Shown here: in pieces, positions 9,695 to 19,095 of the stretch
Layout: each line of letters opens with the position of its first letter
Position numbering within the stretch: the first letter of the stretch is position 1
Assembly (NCBI GenBank): GCA_964601045.1
Contig: CAZRLF010000003.1
Coordinates: forward strand, 80,210 to 144,209
Direction: 5' to 3'
Origin: an uncultured Bacteriovoracaceae bacterium
GTDB taxonomy: Bacteria; Bdellovibrionota; UBA2394
DNA: 64,000 bases
Notes under the pieces: generated by a model
Databases searched by the model: none
The model's input: the letters and a program-made list of their open reading frames with translations, nothing else
Told to the model about the DNA's origin: nothing
Position numbers and translations under genes: made by a program

Positions 9695-11221
9695 TTATTG
9701 TGGGCCGCCCAATTCAAGAATTCGCGAGTCGAGCTTTGATTTAAACTGTTCACTATTGGCCTTAAATTTCTGAGAAAGTGCCACGACTCCATCTCCCGAA
9801 GGAATACCTAAATATTTGGGATCAACTCCGGCACATTGAGTAGGCACATCAAATCCAAAAACAGGATGTTTAACTGTGGGTTGTTTAGCTAAATCGCCAG
9901 ACTGAATTGAAGCAAGAAGTCGTCGACTGACTGCAAGAGGAAACCTCTCTCCTTTGCCGTAACCTCCCTGAGTCCAACCCGTATTTAAAAGCCACACGCT
10001 TGAATGGCATTCATCGACATGGCTTGCAAGAAGCTCTGCATACTCTGCGGAATGTCTCGGCATAAATGGAGCTCCAAAACAAGTACTGAAGGCCGCTTGA
10101 GGTTCCTTCACACCCAATTCGGTTCCCGCCACTTTTGCCGTATAGCCTGAAATAAAATAATATTGAGCTTGCCATGAATTCAATTTGGCCACCGCCGGCA
10201 TCACACCAAAAGCATCCGCCATTAAAAAGACTATCGTTTTCGGAGGCTGAGCTTCACTATCTTGACGATAGGTTTTTTGAATAAACTCAATCGGGTATGA
10301 TCCTCGCGTATTTTCAGTTTTTGCCCGACTTGAAAAATCCACCATTCGAGTTTGAGAATCATATGATACGTTTTCTAAGATTGCTCCATAGCGATTCACT
10401 GCTTTGTAAATTTCAGGCTCACGCTCTAAGGTAAGATCGATGAGTTTAGCATAACATCCCCCCTCAAGGTTACTCAGACCCTTTCGCGACCAAACGATTT
10501 CATCGTCACCAATCAAGAATCGATCCGCACTAGCAGAGAGAGTTGTCTTACCCGTTCCAGAAAGGCCAAAAAGAACACATGAGTTTGACCCGTCTTCAAG
10601 GCAATTTGCTGAAGAATGCATTGGAAAAATTCCAAACTGTGGAAGTGCAAAATTACACAAAGTAAAAGCTGATTTTTTTATCTCTCCTGCATAAGCCGTG
10701 CCAACAATTCCGGCCTTCATCTCAACCGGATCTAGAATAAGAAGTGTTTCTGAGGAATGTTTAAGCCCGAGACCAGAAACCGTTCCGTAAGGATCATGAT
10801 AAACTCTAAGTGTGAGCGGAGGCCTTCCGCCCAAGTCAATCGGACTTGGTTTTTTACGAAACATATTGTTACAAAAGATAATATGCCAAGGAGAAGTCGT
10901 CTTAACGTTTATAGGAAACGGCCCTACAAATGATTCTGTTTGATAAGACTTTTGCGAACCTAATTTTGCTTCAAGCTTCTCAAAAAACTGACGAGAGAAT
11001 TCGGCGGCAATTGGTTGATTACTGGTATTCCAAGCGATTGCATTTTTAATTTCAGGTCGATCGGCAATAAAGCGTTCTTTGACGGCACGACCAGTATGCT
11101 TACCTGTTTCGACAATGAGTGAACCTTCACTACTCAAAAATCCCAATCCAGCTTTGAGGCTTTCCTCAATCAATAAAGTCTTCGACATAAGCATCTCCCT
11201 TCCCTCAGAAATAGTTCCCAA
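9695..11221 (-). CDS. pckA: Phosphoenolpyruvate carboxykinase (ATP)
   Basis: Kinase-1a motif FGLSGTGKTTLS. Overall length and conserved blocks (GDDE..W, NTGW) are typical of ATP-PEPCK. Confidence 0.9.
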   Translation of the reverse strand: MGTISEGREMLMSKTLLIEESLKAGLGFLSSEGSLIVETGKHTGRAVKERFIADRPEIKNAIAWNTSNQPIAAEFSRQFFEKLEAKLGSQKSYQTESFVGPFPINVKTTSPWHIIFCNNMFRKKPSPIDLGGRPPLTLRVYHDPYGTVSGLGLKHSSETLLILDPVEMKAGIVGTAYAGEIKKSAFTLCNFALPQFGIFPMHSSANCLEDGSNSCVLFGLSGTGKTTLSASADRFLIGDDEIVWSRKGLSNLEGGCYAKLIDLTLEREPEIYKAVNRYGAILENVSYDSQTRMVDFSSRAKTENTRGSYPIEFIQKTYRQDSEAQPPKTIVFLMADAFGVMPAVAKLNSWQAQYYFISGYTAKVAGTELGVKEPQAAFSTCFGAPFMPRHSAEYAELLASHVDECHSSVWLLNTGWTQGGYGKGERFPLAVSRRLLASIQSGDLAKQPTVKHPVFGFDVPTQCAGVDPKYLGIPSGDGVVALSQKFKANSEQFKSKLDSRILELGGPQ

Positions 11222-11262
11222 AGTATACGAAACTGCCTAAGGCGAATCAATCGAAAGAGAAT

Positions 11263-12768
11263 CTAGGCTGTCTGGACGTTAGGTACTTCTTTTTCAATTT
11301 TAGGAAATAGGGCTAATGGATTTTGAAGTTTAAAGTGATGAGGCCCAAACTTTAGACCTGAAAACCCAGCATTTTGAGTGCCTAGATACTCTAAAGTCTT
11401 ATGTCCAACTTCAGGCATAAATGGCAGCAGAAGAGTGCCAAAACAGTGCAGTCCATAAAGAGCATTATAGATGGTCTCTTTAAATTCAGGTTGACTGCCG
11501 TCCATCTTCCAAGGTTCACGCGTATTGAGGTAGAGATTGACCTCGTTAATGCCGCCCCATAAGAGCTCAATCGCACGATGATGCTCTCTTTGTGTCATCG
11601 CCTCATGCATTTTTTCTCCAAGTTCTTCAAAATGAAATTGAGGCTTCACGTGTTCAGAAGAAAAATCAGATCCTAATTTTTTCATACCCAGTTTAACAAC
11701 TCGCATAAGAAGATTTCCGTAATCATTAGCAAGTTCATGATTATGTCGGGCAATAAGATCTTGAGTAACGAAGGCCCCATCCAATCCACTCGGAATAGCG
11801 CGCGCCAAATAATATCTAAAACTTTCGACCGGATATTTATCGAGTATCAGTCGTGGATCTACTCCGTTGCCTAAACTTTTAGACATTTTCTTTCCATCTT
11901 CACCGAGAACCATTCCATGAACATAGACTTGCCTGGGCAGCTCAAGGTTGGCAGCTTTTAAAATGCTGGGCCAAATCACAGTATGAAACCAGGTAATATC
12001 TTTACCGATCACGTGCATATCCGCAGGCCAAAACTTTGTCTCTCGCTCAGTGCTAAAGTGAGCCGCGTAATAATTAATAAGGGCATCAAACCACGTATAC
12101 ATCACAAATTCCGGATGGCCTGGAACTGGAATTCCCCATCCGGCGTTAAGTCTTGAAACCGATAAATCACGGACTGGCTCTTTATCAATCCGATTGATCA
12201 TTTCTTTTCGTGCCGACTCAGGAGCAATAAATGAAGGATTATCGACTATGTATTTTCGAACCCAATCAGCATAGGCACTCAGCTTAAAGAAAAATCCTTT
12301 TTCTTTCGTGATCTGAAGTTTTGTCCCATGCACCGGACATTGCCCATCAGCAGCCTGCAATTCAGTATAAAAAGATTCGCAGGCTAAACAATACTGTCCT
12401 TCATACTCCCCTAAAAAAATATCTCCCTTTTTTTCGAGAACACTCCAAATATGTTGAGCTGCTTTGTGATGGCGCGATTCCGTGGTACGGATAAAATCGT
12501 CATTGCTGATTTTTAAATCTCTACAAAGCCTTTTAAAAAACTCCACCTGATGGTCGACATACTTTTGAGTATCTTGCTTTGCGGCCTCTGCAGCCTTCAC
12601 CAATTTTTGGCCATTTTCATCGGTGCCAGTAAGAAAAAAAACATCATGACCCCTCAAGCGATACCATCGAGCGTAGGTATCGGCGATCACCTTCTCATAA
12701 GCATGGCCCATATGAGGGACGCCATTCGGGTAATCAATCGCCGTAGTGATATAAAAAGACTTGGACAT
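11263..12768 (-). CDS. metG: Methionine--tRNA ligase (short form without C-terminal tRNA-binding domain)
   Basis: Class-I motifs P-x-x-x-HMGH (HIGH variant) near the N-terminus and KMSKS (KMSKSLGNGVDP). The N-terminal block FYITTAIDYPNGVPHMGHAYE is typical of MetRS. Confidence 0.95.
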   Translation of the reverse strand: MSKSFYITTAIDYPNGVPHMGHAYEKVIADTYARWYRLRGHDVFFLTGTDENGQKLVKAAEAAKQDTQKYVDHQVEFFKRLCRDLKISNDDFIRTTESRHHKAAQHIWSVLEKKGDIFLGEYEGQYCLACESFYTELQAADGQCPVHGTKLQITKEKGFFFKLSAYADWVRKYIVDNPSFIAPESARKEMINRIDKEPVRDLSVSRLNAGWGIPVPGHPEFVMYTWFDALINYYAAHFSTERETKFWPADMHVIGKDITWFHTVIWPSILKAANLELPRQVYVHGMVLGEDGKKMSKSLGNGVDPRLILDKYPVESFRYYLARAIPSGLDGAFVTQDLIARHNHELANDYGNLLMRVVKLGMKKLGSDFSSEHVKPQFHFEELGEKMHEAMTQREHHRAIELLWGGINEVNLYLNTREPWKMDGSQPEFKETIYNALYGLHCFGTLLLPFMPEVGHKTLEYLGTQNAGFSGLKFGPHHFKLQNPLALFPKIEKEVPNVQTA

Positions 12769-12792
12769 ATCTTGAAGTTAGACGAGAGCAGT

Positions 12793-13596
12793 CTAAAACT
12801 GAAGAATATACATTCGAAATTCTGGCCAATCCCCAGCCATTCGCCTTTCATCAAGAACAATGCGTTCCTGGGGAATATTATAGTTCTTCAGATACCCCTG
12901 AACGGCACGCAATCGAACATCAGCGAGATCAAAGGTCTCACCCTCACCCATTTGAGCCTGAAGCATCACAGATTGATCGGGGTGTTGAGTTAAAAACTGG
13001 GCCAGTTTATCAAGGGTTCCCCGACTACTCGATTGCAAAATACTGTCGTTTTGAGTGAACGCAATGACTCCCGGAAACTTCTCTTTAAACGGATTTTTAA
13101 TAATCAACGCTCGTTTGTCGGGAGCATCATGAGGAATGAGAGGTTTGTCGTCTTTTTTTAAATCCTGATAGCGCTGCAAAGCAGCTTGAGCTTTTTTCGC
13201 GTCCACGAAAGTTTCGCCCGAGACCTCCTCGCCTAGGTCAGGAGTAATAACCTCGTTTACTTCTTTTTGGGTCTGAGGAAGCAGAGGAAGTGCCACTTCC
13301 TGCTCTTCTTCACGTTTAGCTTTAATGCGATCTTCGACAGCGGCAGTAGCCCGATCAAATTTTACGGGTGGTTCGGATTTTTGAGGTCTAAGCTCATCCC
13401 CTGCATCGGCCAAAAGATCATAAGGAGGAGGCGCAAGTTCTTCTTGGTCATTTTCATCCGAAAGGCCCACAACTTTTTGAAGCGAACGTTCAATTCCGTT
13501 TCGTCCGCGTGCATCGATATTTTTTGGCCCTAAAGTACTGCACGAAATACTCAAAAAACTGAAGAAAATTAAACTGGCGGCAAAAGCGATTTTCAT
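12793..13596 (-). CDS. Lipoprotein with degenerate OmpA-like C-terminal domain
   Basis: Lipobox-like FLSISCS. The C-terminal ~90 aa (FTQNDSIL..LDKLAQFL..VMLQAQMGEGETFDLADVRLRAVQGYL..GIPQERIV) follow the OmpA_C pattern, but the usual HTD/NxxLSxxRA residues are substituted. Confidence 0.45.
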   Translation of the reverse strand: MKIAFAASLIFFSFLSISCSTLGPKNIDARGRNGIERSLQKVVGLSDENDQEELAPPPYDLLADAGDELRPQKSEPPVKFDRATAAVEDRIKAKREEEQEVALPLLPQTQKEVNEVITPDLGEEVSGETFVDAKKAQAALQRYQDLKKDDKPLIPHDAPDKRALIIKNPFKEKFPGVIAFTQNDSILQSSSRGTLDKLAQFLTQHPDQSVMLQAQMGEGETFDLADVRLRAVQGYLKNYNIPQERIVLDERRMAGDWPEFRMYILQF

Positions 13597-13641
13597 AGTA
13601 CTTCACTCTCTATTTTACCCAAAGTCTTTGATTTCAGCAGA

Positions 13642-14520
13642 CTAGCGAAATACATTTTCGGAGAAAAACCGCAGCAAATTTTCGATATTCATGGCGTCAT
13701 TGGGCTTTGAATCATAAAAATAAGACTGCTCAAGATATTTGAAATAAAGCTCGGGATGTTGATCCACTTTGATAACCCAATGCGCCAGATCGTCAAGACT
13801 TCTAAAAGCCGCAGAATTGATAAAACTTTTTGGATTTAAATCAAGATGAACGCTTGGATCTCCCCAATAAATTGGCAAACTCTGAACGAGCATTGGATCC
13901 ATAATTTTCTCAGTGAGATAGCCCGGATAACTTGAGTTTTCAAAAGCGATCGAAAACTTATATTCCTTTTGGAACTCCAATTTCGCTTTAAAAAAGAGAT
14001 TCTCTTCTTTCGGTAAAGTCCAGCCAAGGTTATTCAGATGACTTCCGGCGCTGTCGACCTTCTTATACTGATTAAGAATCTCAAAAAATTCATTTCTCAC
14101 TTCGCAATGAGGATTACTTACTACAAAATTACAAAACTTCGTTTTAGATTTAAAAATCTCTTGGGGGGAAGGTTTAGGCTTAAAAATTTCGTCCCACGAA
14201 TCGAAACACTGATATTCCTTCCATCGTGAAAAATACTCCACCACATAAAGTGGAAGGCGATAATGCCGAGGATTATCGATTCGATCAAATGTCAATGCAA
14301 AATCAGTCCGATCAAAAGGAGGACGAAGATTCTCGCCAGTAAAATAAATTCGTTTTACGTTCTTATACTGAAGATGTGATTCTCCAAAATCCGAGAAAAA
14401 TAAATAATCAGGATTCTGAGAATCTAAATCGAGTTCAAATTGCTGTGAAAGAACCCACTCAAAAAATCTCTGACATCGAGGAAAAAAGTCGGCGAACCAA
14501 ATCTTAATGGGTTTCTTCAC
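13642..14520 (-). CDS. Alpha-1,3-fucosyltransferase (glycosyltransferase family 10)
   Basis: Hallmark GT10 alpha1,3-FucT motif YKFSIAFENSSYPGYLTEKIMD...LPIYWGDP (compare the Helicobacter FutA consensus YKFxLxFENSxxxGYVTEKIxDA...IPIYWGxP). It appears cytoplasmic, with no signal peptide. Confidence 0.75.
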   Translation of the reverse strand: MKKPIKIWFADFFPRCQRFFEWVLSQQFELDLDSQNPDYLFFSDFGESHLQYKNVKRIYFTGENLRPPFDRTDFALTFDRIDNPRHYRLPLYVVEYFSRWKEYQCFDSWDEIFKPKPSPQEIFKSKTKFCNFVVSNPHCEVRNEFFEILNQYKKVDSAGSHLNNLGWTLPKEENLFFKAKLEFQKEYKFSIAFENSSYPGYLTEKIMDPMLVQSLPIYWGDPSVHLDLNPKSFINSAAFRSLDDLAHWVIKVDQHPELYFKYLEQSYFYDSKPNDAMNIENLLRFFSENVFR

Positions 14521-14544
14521 CCCTTCATTGTGACGACAGAAAGA

Positions 14545-15780
14545 TTAAATCTCAATAAGCAATCTTAAAGCTTCAAAAGCAGAATATCGCTGGTTGAGCT
14601 CTCGACTGAAATTGAGCTTCAATAATTTAGTGCGCACTTTGGTTGCAGTGGCAGCAGCAATCCAGACCGTTCCCACAGGCTTTTGTTTTGTTCCACCCGC
14701 AGGACCAGCGATTCCGGTGACAGCAACAGATTTTGTAGCTTTAGAATTCTTAAGAGCTCCCTTTGCCATTTCGATGGCCGTCTCTTCGCTTACCGCTCCA
14801 TATTTGATGAGAGTTTTTTCTTTCACACCCAGTAAATCAATCTTCGCCTCATTACTGTAGGTAATAAATCCTCGATCAAATACCTTTGATGCCCCTGAGA
14901 CCGAAGTCATCATCGAAGATATTTGACCTCCGGTACAACTCTCTGCCGTAGAGACAACACTCTTCTGTTTTAAAAGCTGAATTAAAACTTCTTCCTCAAA
15001 TGTATGCTCTCTCCAGCACATTCCCGATTCTGATATTCGATTTTCAAGTTTACGAATGAGCGGGCTTAGTTTTTTTTCTGCAGCCTTCTTTGAGGCTGAG
15101 CGAATATGAAATTTGATATGATTTTCAGGTAGCGACGTTCGATAGCCAATCTCAACACCTTTCGGCACTTTCATTTTCTTCATTAGTTCGTTGAGCAAAC
15201 TCTCTGGCCAACCCAAAACTTTCAACTGAAAAAGATATTCAAACTCACGATCTTTCTTTGTCTCAAAAAAGGGAATCAGATATTTTTCTAGCAGATGATT
15301 AAACTCCCGCGGAACGCCGGGTAGAAAAAAGAAAATGGTTTTTCCAAATTCGACTTGAACACCGGGAGCAGTTCCAAAGTCATTTCTTAAAATCAAAGCG
15401 TGAGCCGGCGCATAAAATTGCTTCTGCTGGCTTTTATTCATAATCTTCCGCTTCAGAAATCTAAGACGAGCCAGAACATTTGCTTTTGCCTCTTTATGAA
15501 AAACCATCTCTCGGCCGAAGGCGTGAGCGATGGCTTCAAGGGTGATATCGTCACTGGTAGGGCCTAAGCCTCCCGAAACAATCACATACTGAGATCGAGA
15601 CGCCGCTTGTGTAGCAGCCTCAGCAATCTGACTGGTTTCGTCTGGAACAATAGTTGTTCGCTGAATTCTCAATCCTAAACTTCTGAGCTTTACAGCGAGT
15701 CTTTGAGTATTGGTGTCAGCAATGCTTCCATCCAAAAGTTCGTGCCCCGTACAGAGGACTTCTATTTTTAGAGCACCCAA
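14545..15780 (-). CDS. cinA: CinA-family competence/damage-inducible protein (MoCF-binding domain plus NMN deamidase domain)
   Basis: N-terminus MGALKIEVLCTGHELLDGSIADTNTQRLA..SGGLGPTSDDIT is the canonical CinA N-terminal domain. A C-terminal CinA/PncC-like domain follows. 411 aa. Confidence 0.9.
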   Translation of the reverse strand: MGALKIEVLCTGHELLDGSIADTNTQRLAVKLRSLGLRIQRTTIVPDETSQIAEAATQAASRSQYVIVSGGLGPTSDDITLEAIAHAFGREMVFHKEAKANVLARLRFLKRKIMNKSQQKQFYAPAHALILRNDFGTAPGVQVEFGKTIFFFLPGVPREFNHLLEKYLIPFFETKKDREFEYLFQLKVLGWPESLLNELMKKMKVPKGVEIGYRTSLPENHIKFHIRSASKKAAEKKLSPLIRKLENRISESGMCWREHTFEEEVLIQLLKQKSVVSTAESCTGGQISSMMTSVSGASKVFDRGFITYSNEAKIDLLGVKEKTLIKYGAVSEETAIEMAKGALKNSKATKSVAVTGIAGPAGGTKQKPVGTVWIAAATATKVRTKLLKLNFSRELNQRYSAFEALRLLIEI

Positions 15781-16244
15781 TACTTAAGTCCTTCTATGAT
15801 AAGTGCCGCGTAAATTCCGGCAACAACGTCGTCCAGCATCACGCCCCAACCTTTAAGATGACGTTGATCAAAAAATCTCACGCCAGGTGGTTTAAAAATA
15901 TCGAAGACCCTAAAAAGACAAAATGCCAAAAGAAGCCACCCCGGCTTAAAAGGACAAAGGGCCAATGAAAGCCCCATCCCAACCCACTCATCGATAACAA
16001 TTTTGGAGCTATCTTCGGTGCGGGTTCGCTTTTCGTAGGCCTGAATTGCTAAAGTCCCAAGAACCATCAATATAAGACAAATCAACACGAGTGCGAGACG
16101 AGCTTCAAACATTAAAAACAGAGACCAAAACCCCAAGGCAAAAAAGGAAGCAACGGTCCCCGAACCCTTAGGAAAGTAGCCCAAGCCCATACAGGTCACC
16201 ACTGCCGACACAAAGATATCGACAATTTTATTTTTCTTCTTCAT
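15768..16244 (-). CDS. pgpA: Phosphatidylglycerophosphatase A
   Basis: Conserved PgpA blocks GLGYFPKGSGTVASF, DEWVG and FDIFKPPGV..GWGVMLDDVVAGIYA. It overlaps the cinA start, matching the common pgpA-cinA operon. Confidence 0.85.
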   Translation of the reverse strand: MKKKNKIVDIFVSAVVTCMGLGYFPKGSGTVASFFALGFWSLFLMFEARLALVLICLILMVLGTLAIQAYEKRTRTEDSSKIVIDEWVGMGLSLALCPFKPGWLLLAFCLFRVFDIFKPPGVRFFDQRHLKGWGVMLDDVVAGIYAALIIEGLKYWVL

Positions 16245-16268
16245 TCCGAACTATTAACCTCTTTCCTA

Positions 16269-16835
16269 GTGAAAGATATTCGTGCCATCGAAGTAAAGTC
16301 ACTTCTTATCGTTTACGGAGTTTTATTTGCCGTAAGTTTTTTGGCAGATTTTATAACTCATTATGACCCATTTTTTTCTTGGAAGCCATCTCAGCCACTT
16401 AGCTCATTCGTCGTTTTTTTAACTTTGATTTTTATTTTTGCTTACGTAATCGGAGCTCTTCTTGCTGCTCGAATCTTTCACTGGGCTAATGAAATGAAAA
16501 AAATATTTGCTCAGGTCCTTACCCCACTCTCTTATCTACAAATTGTTGTCTTGGCCTTGCTAAGCGGATTTATCGAGGAATGGTTTTTTCGAGGCGTTTT
16601 AATGACTCATTTTGGGCTTATTTTAAGTTCGATATTTTTTGGTCTGGCCCATTTTATACCATCTCGCTCAGTTTGGATGTATGGCCTCATTAGTCTTCTT
16701 TCAGGGCTTGTTTTTGGTCTTCTCTTTAAACAATCCGGAAACCTGATTCTTGTCGCACTGGCACATTCGACAATTAATTTTCTGCTCTTTTTAAAGTTAA
16801 ACCAAGCAAGCGTGGGAGCTCCGTCTCTTACTTGA
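16269..16835 (+). CDS. CPBP-family (CAAX/Abi) intramembrane metalloprotease
   Basis: Multi-TM protein with the signature motifs EEWFFRGVL and FGLAHF. Confidence 0.8.
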   Translation: MKDIRAIEVKSLLIVYGVLFAVSFLADFITHYDPFFSWKPSQPLSSFVVFLTLIFIFAYVIGALLAARIFHWANEMKKIFAQVLTPLSYLQIVVLALLSGFIEEWFFRGVLMTHFGLILSSIFFGLAHFIPSRSVWMYGLISLLSGLVFGLLFKQSGNLILVALAHSTINFLLFLKLNQASVGAPSLT

Positions 16836-19083
16836 GACCCATTTTTTTTATAAAGACAGAGCCTGTTTCAGAAATAAGATCATCAATATCAAGTTGATTT
16901 CTAAACTCGTGATAACTGCAAAGTCTCTCTTCAGGAGCATTTCCAAATTCTTGAAGAGAGCGATCAAAATCTACCACTAAAGGTTTTCCTTTGCTCATAG
17001 CCTGAAGCGATCGACCTTTACAAAAACTTCTGAGCGACGAAAACTCCCGCTGCAAGATCTGGGGCGCATTCAAACTTAGAATACAGAACTTGGCAATTTT
17101 TTGAGAGTAAGGTCCGCTTCCATAATCATTCCACTGTTTGGCTTCGCTCTGTAAATCTTCAAGCGCTCTAAGAAGGGAGCTTAGAAAAAAATCAAAAAAG
17201 TTTTTTAAATTAAATTTTGCTAAAATTTCAGCCTCATCAAGATCAGCTTTTACTTTATTTAAGAAATGCGCAGAGCCCGGATCAAGCCCCAGAAGCAAGT
17301 CTTCGCTCGCCAAGCGGATGCTGGTCTCAAGACTTCTCTGTTCAGCGAACACTCCAGCACGAATTCTCTTTTCAATATCCATCTGAACAATCTGTTTAAG
17401 TCGATTCGTGATCACCTGATCTTGTTCTTCGAGATTCATGACCGTTAGAATTTTTTTGAGACGATCAGAAACGGGCGCATCGCTTCTTAAAACCTGCAAA
17501 GCGGATGTAAATTTGCCTGTTGTATTAACGAGTAGCTCAAGTTGATCTCGTTTTGCATATGAATCAGCAAACCACTCATCATGTTTATCCCAATCCACTT
17601 TCAATGCCTTTAAATACTGTACAATCGCATCCATCACCTCACCCGCAGAGCTTAAGTTGAGAGAGCGCTCAGTCCACGATGTTAAAGTGCCAAGAGGATC
17701 GGGATTAAGAACTAGAGCTTTTTGAATATCAAGCTGAACCTGCGCAGCTTCGTCGATGGCTTCAAGGTTTGATTTAATTGATTTGATATCAGCGACTCTC
17801 TTAAGTTTTTCGACCTGCTCATTATAATAGATCAAATACGGTTGAGACTGAGTGTGAAGCGCAGAAACATCTGGATCGCGTTTTCCGGTAAGTAACCAGA
17901 TATTCGCTCTCGATTTCTGCTCGACTGGAGGAAACGCAGATCGATAGACGTTTGTATCTCCGCCACTCTCCCAGTCACTAAGACCCATTCGAGATGAAAT
18001 ATCATCGATCAAGCCCACAATGACCGCCACAGTATCGCTCTCTTGCTTGGCTGCTTTTAAAAGCTCGATCTTTCTTTCGGCTTCAGAAACTAATCCTCTC
18101 GTAAGGTCTTTGGTCGCTCTGAAATTTCCCTCTAGCTGCCTTAAATTCGCTCGCCTTTGTCCTTGAATTTGAGATGTAGGCTCTGCACCGCTCTCGACAT
18201 GCTTTAAGAATTCTTGCACTCGCGGATAAAATCTTCTGAAAAGATCGTATCCTCGCCACTCGAGAGGAATTTCAACTTCATTACGATAATCTCGGTGGAC
18301 TTTAACTAATTTCTGATGATCGCGAATATCACAAACCGTATCTTCTAAAGCCTCAAGCGCACACGAAAGAGATGCCTGAAGTTTGGCACCTCTATATTTT
18401 TTAATCGAACTTACAAATTTTCTATCGGCGAAATAAGAAAATACACTGCTAAAAAGCCGGCCTCCTAGAACCAAGGCCGAATGCACAATCGGATCCCAGG
18501 CAAAACCTCCCGAAAGCGAAACAAGATGGCCAGCAAGTTGAAGAGGCAGATATTTATTTTTTTCAAAGCAAAGAGAAAGATTGGGATAAGCAACTGAAAG
18601 TGCGTCGATGTAGGCAGACATCTGTTTTGAAGCACGCATCTGCATCATCCGTTTACGCTCTTCTTCGTCGATATTACTTTTTAAAATTTGAACGCGAGTT
18701 TCTGCGATTTCGCGGGCTATATAAGATTGCTCCTCAGCTGAAGTCGTCACCGTCAAATACAATGAAAGTCTTTCAAGATAAGAATGAAGATCTCGATTTT
18801 TAGCATTCGAGAATTGATGTTCTATTCCGCCCAGCTGATCTTCGAGATTAGCAGCAATTGAAAGCACTGGGCTGAGCCCCTTACACTCAGGCTGTTCCAC
18901 CAGAGTTTTAAGAACGCCTTCGATTGCTCGAGTTTCATTAAGGGCAACAGCAGTGAAGCGCCCCTGAGATTTGCATTTTGATCCGAAAACATCGAAAAGA
19001 AGTTCCGCAGGATCCTGAGGCAAAGCCCATCCCTGCTGCACTAAAAGCACAAATAAAAATACGAAGAGCCTCCCCAAACCCAA
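16828..19083 (-). CDS. Hypothetical large secreted protein (751 aa)
   Basis: Signal peptide MGLGRLFVFLFVLLVQQGWALP. Helical, charged composition. No recognisable catalytic motif. Confidence 0.5.
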   Translation of the reverse strand: MGLGRLFVFLFVLLVQQGWALPQDPAELLFDVFGSKCKSQGRFTAVALNETRAIEGVLKTLVEQPECKGLSPVLSIAANLEDQLGGIEHQFSNAKNRDLHSYLERLSLYLTVTTSAEEQSYIAREIAETRVQILKSNIDEEERKRMMQMRASKQMSAYIDALSVAYPNLSLCFEKNKYLPLQLAGHLVSLSGGFAWDPIVHSALVLGGRLFSSVFSYFADRKFVSSIKKYRGAKLQASLSCALEALEDTVCDIRDHQKLVKVHRDYRNEVEIPLEWRGYDLFRRFYPRVQEFLKHVESGAEPTSQIQGQRRANLRQLEGNFRATKDLTRGLVSEAERKIELLKAAKQESDTVAVIVGLIDDISSRMGLSDWESGGDTNVYRSAFPPVEQKSRANIWLLTGKRDPDVSALHTQSQPYLIYYNEQVEKLKRVADIKSIKSNLEAIDEAAQVQLDIQKALVLNPDPLGTLTSWTERSLNLSSAGEVMDAIVQYLKALKVDWDKHDEWFADSYAKRDQLELLVNTTGKFTSALQVLRSDAPVSDRLKKILTVMNLEEQDQVITNRLKQIVQMDIEKRIRAGVFAEQRSLETSIRLASEDLLLGLDPGSAHFLNKVKADLDEAEILAKFNLKNFFDFFLSSLLRALEDLQSEAKQWNDYGSGPYSQKIAKFCILSLNAPQILQREFSSLRSFCKGRSLQAMSKGKPLVVDFDRSLQEFGNAPEERLCSYHEFRNQLDIDDLISETGSVFIKKMGLK

Positions 19084-19095
19084 TCCCCTTAGAGA

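Noticed and set aside
12550-12993. 147-aa plus-strand ORF overlapping metG and the downstream lipoprotein gene
   Set aside because: Antisense to two well-supported genes (metG has diagnostic motifs). No signal or features.
17138-17448. Three nested 60-82-aa plus-strand ORFs inside the 751-aa gene
   Set aside because: Antisense shadows of a long, well-supported minus-strand ORF. Basic, low-complexity translations.
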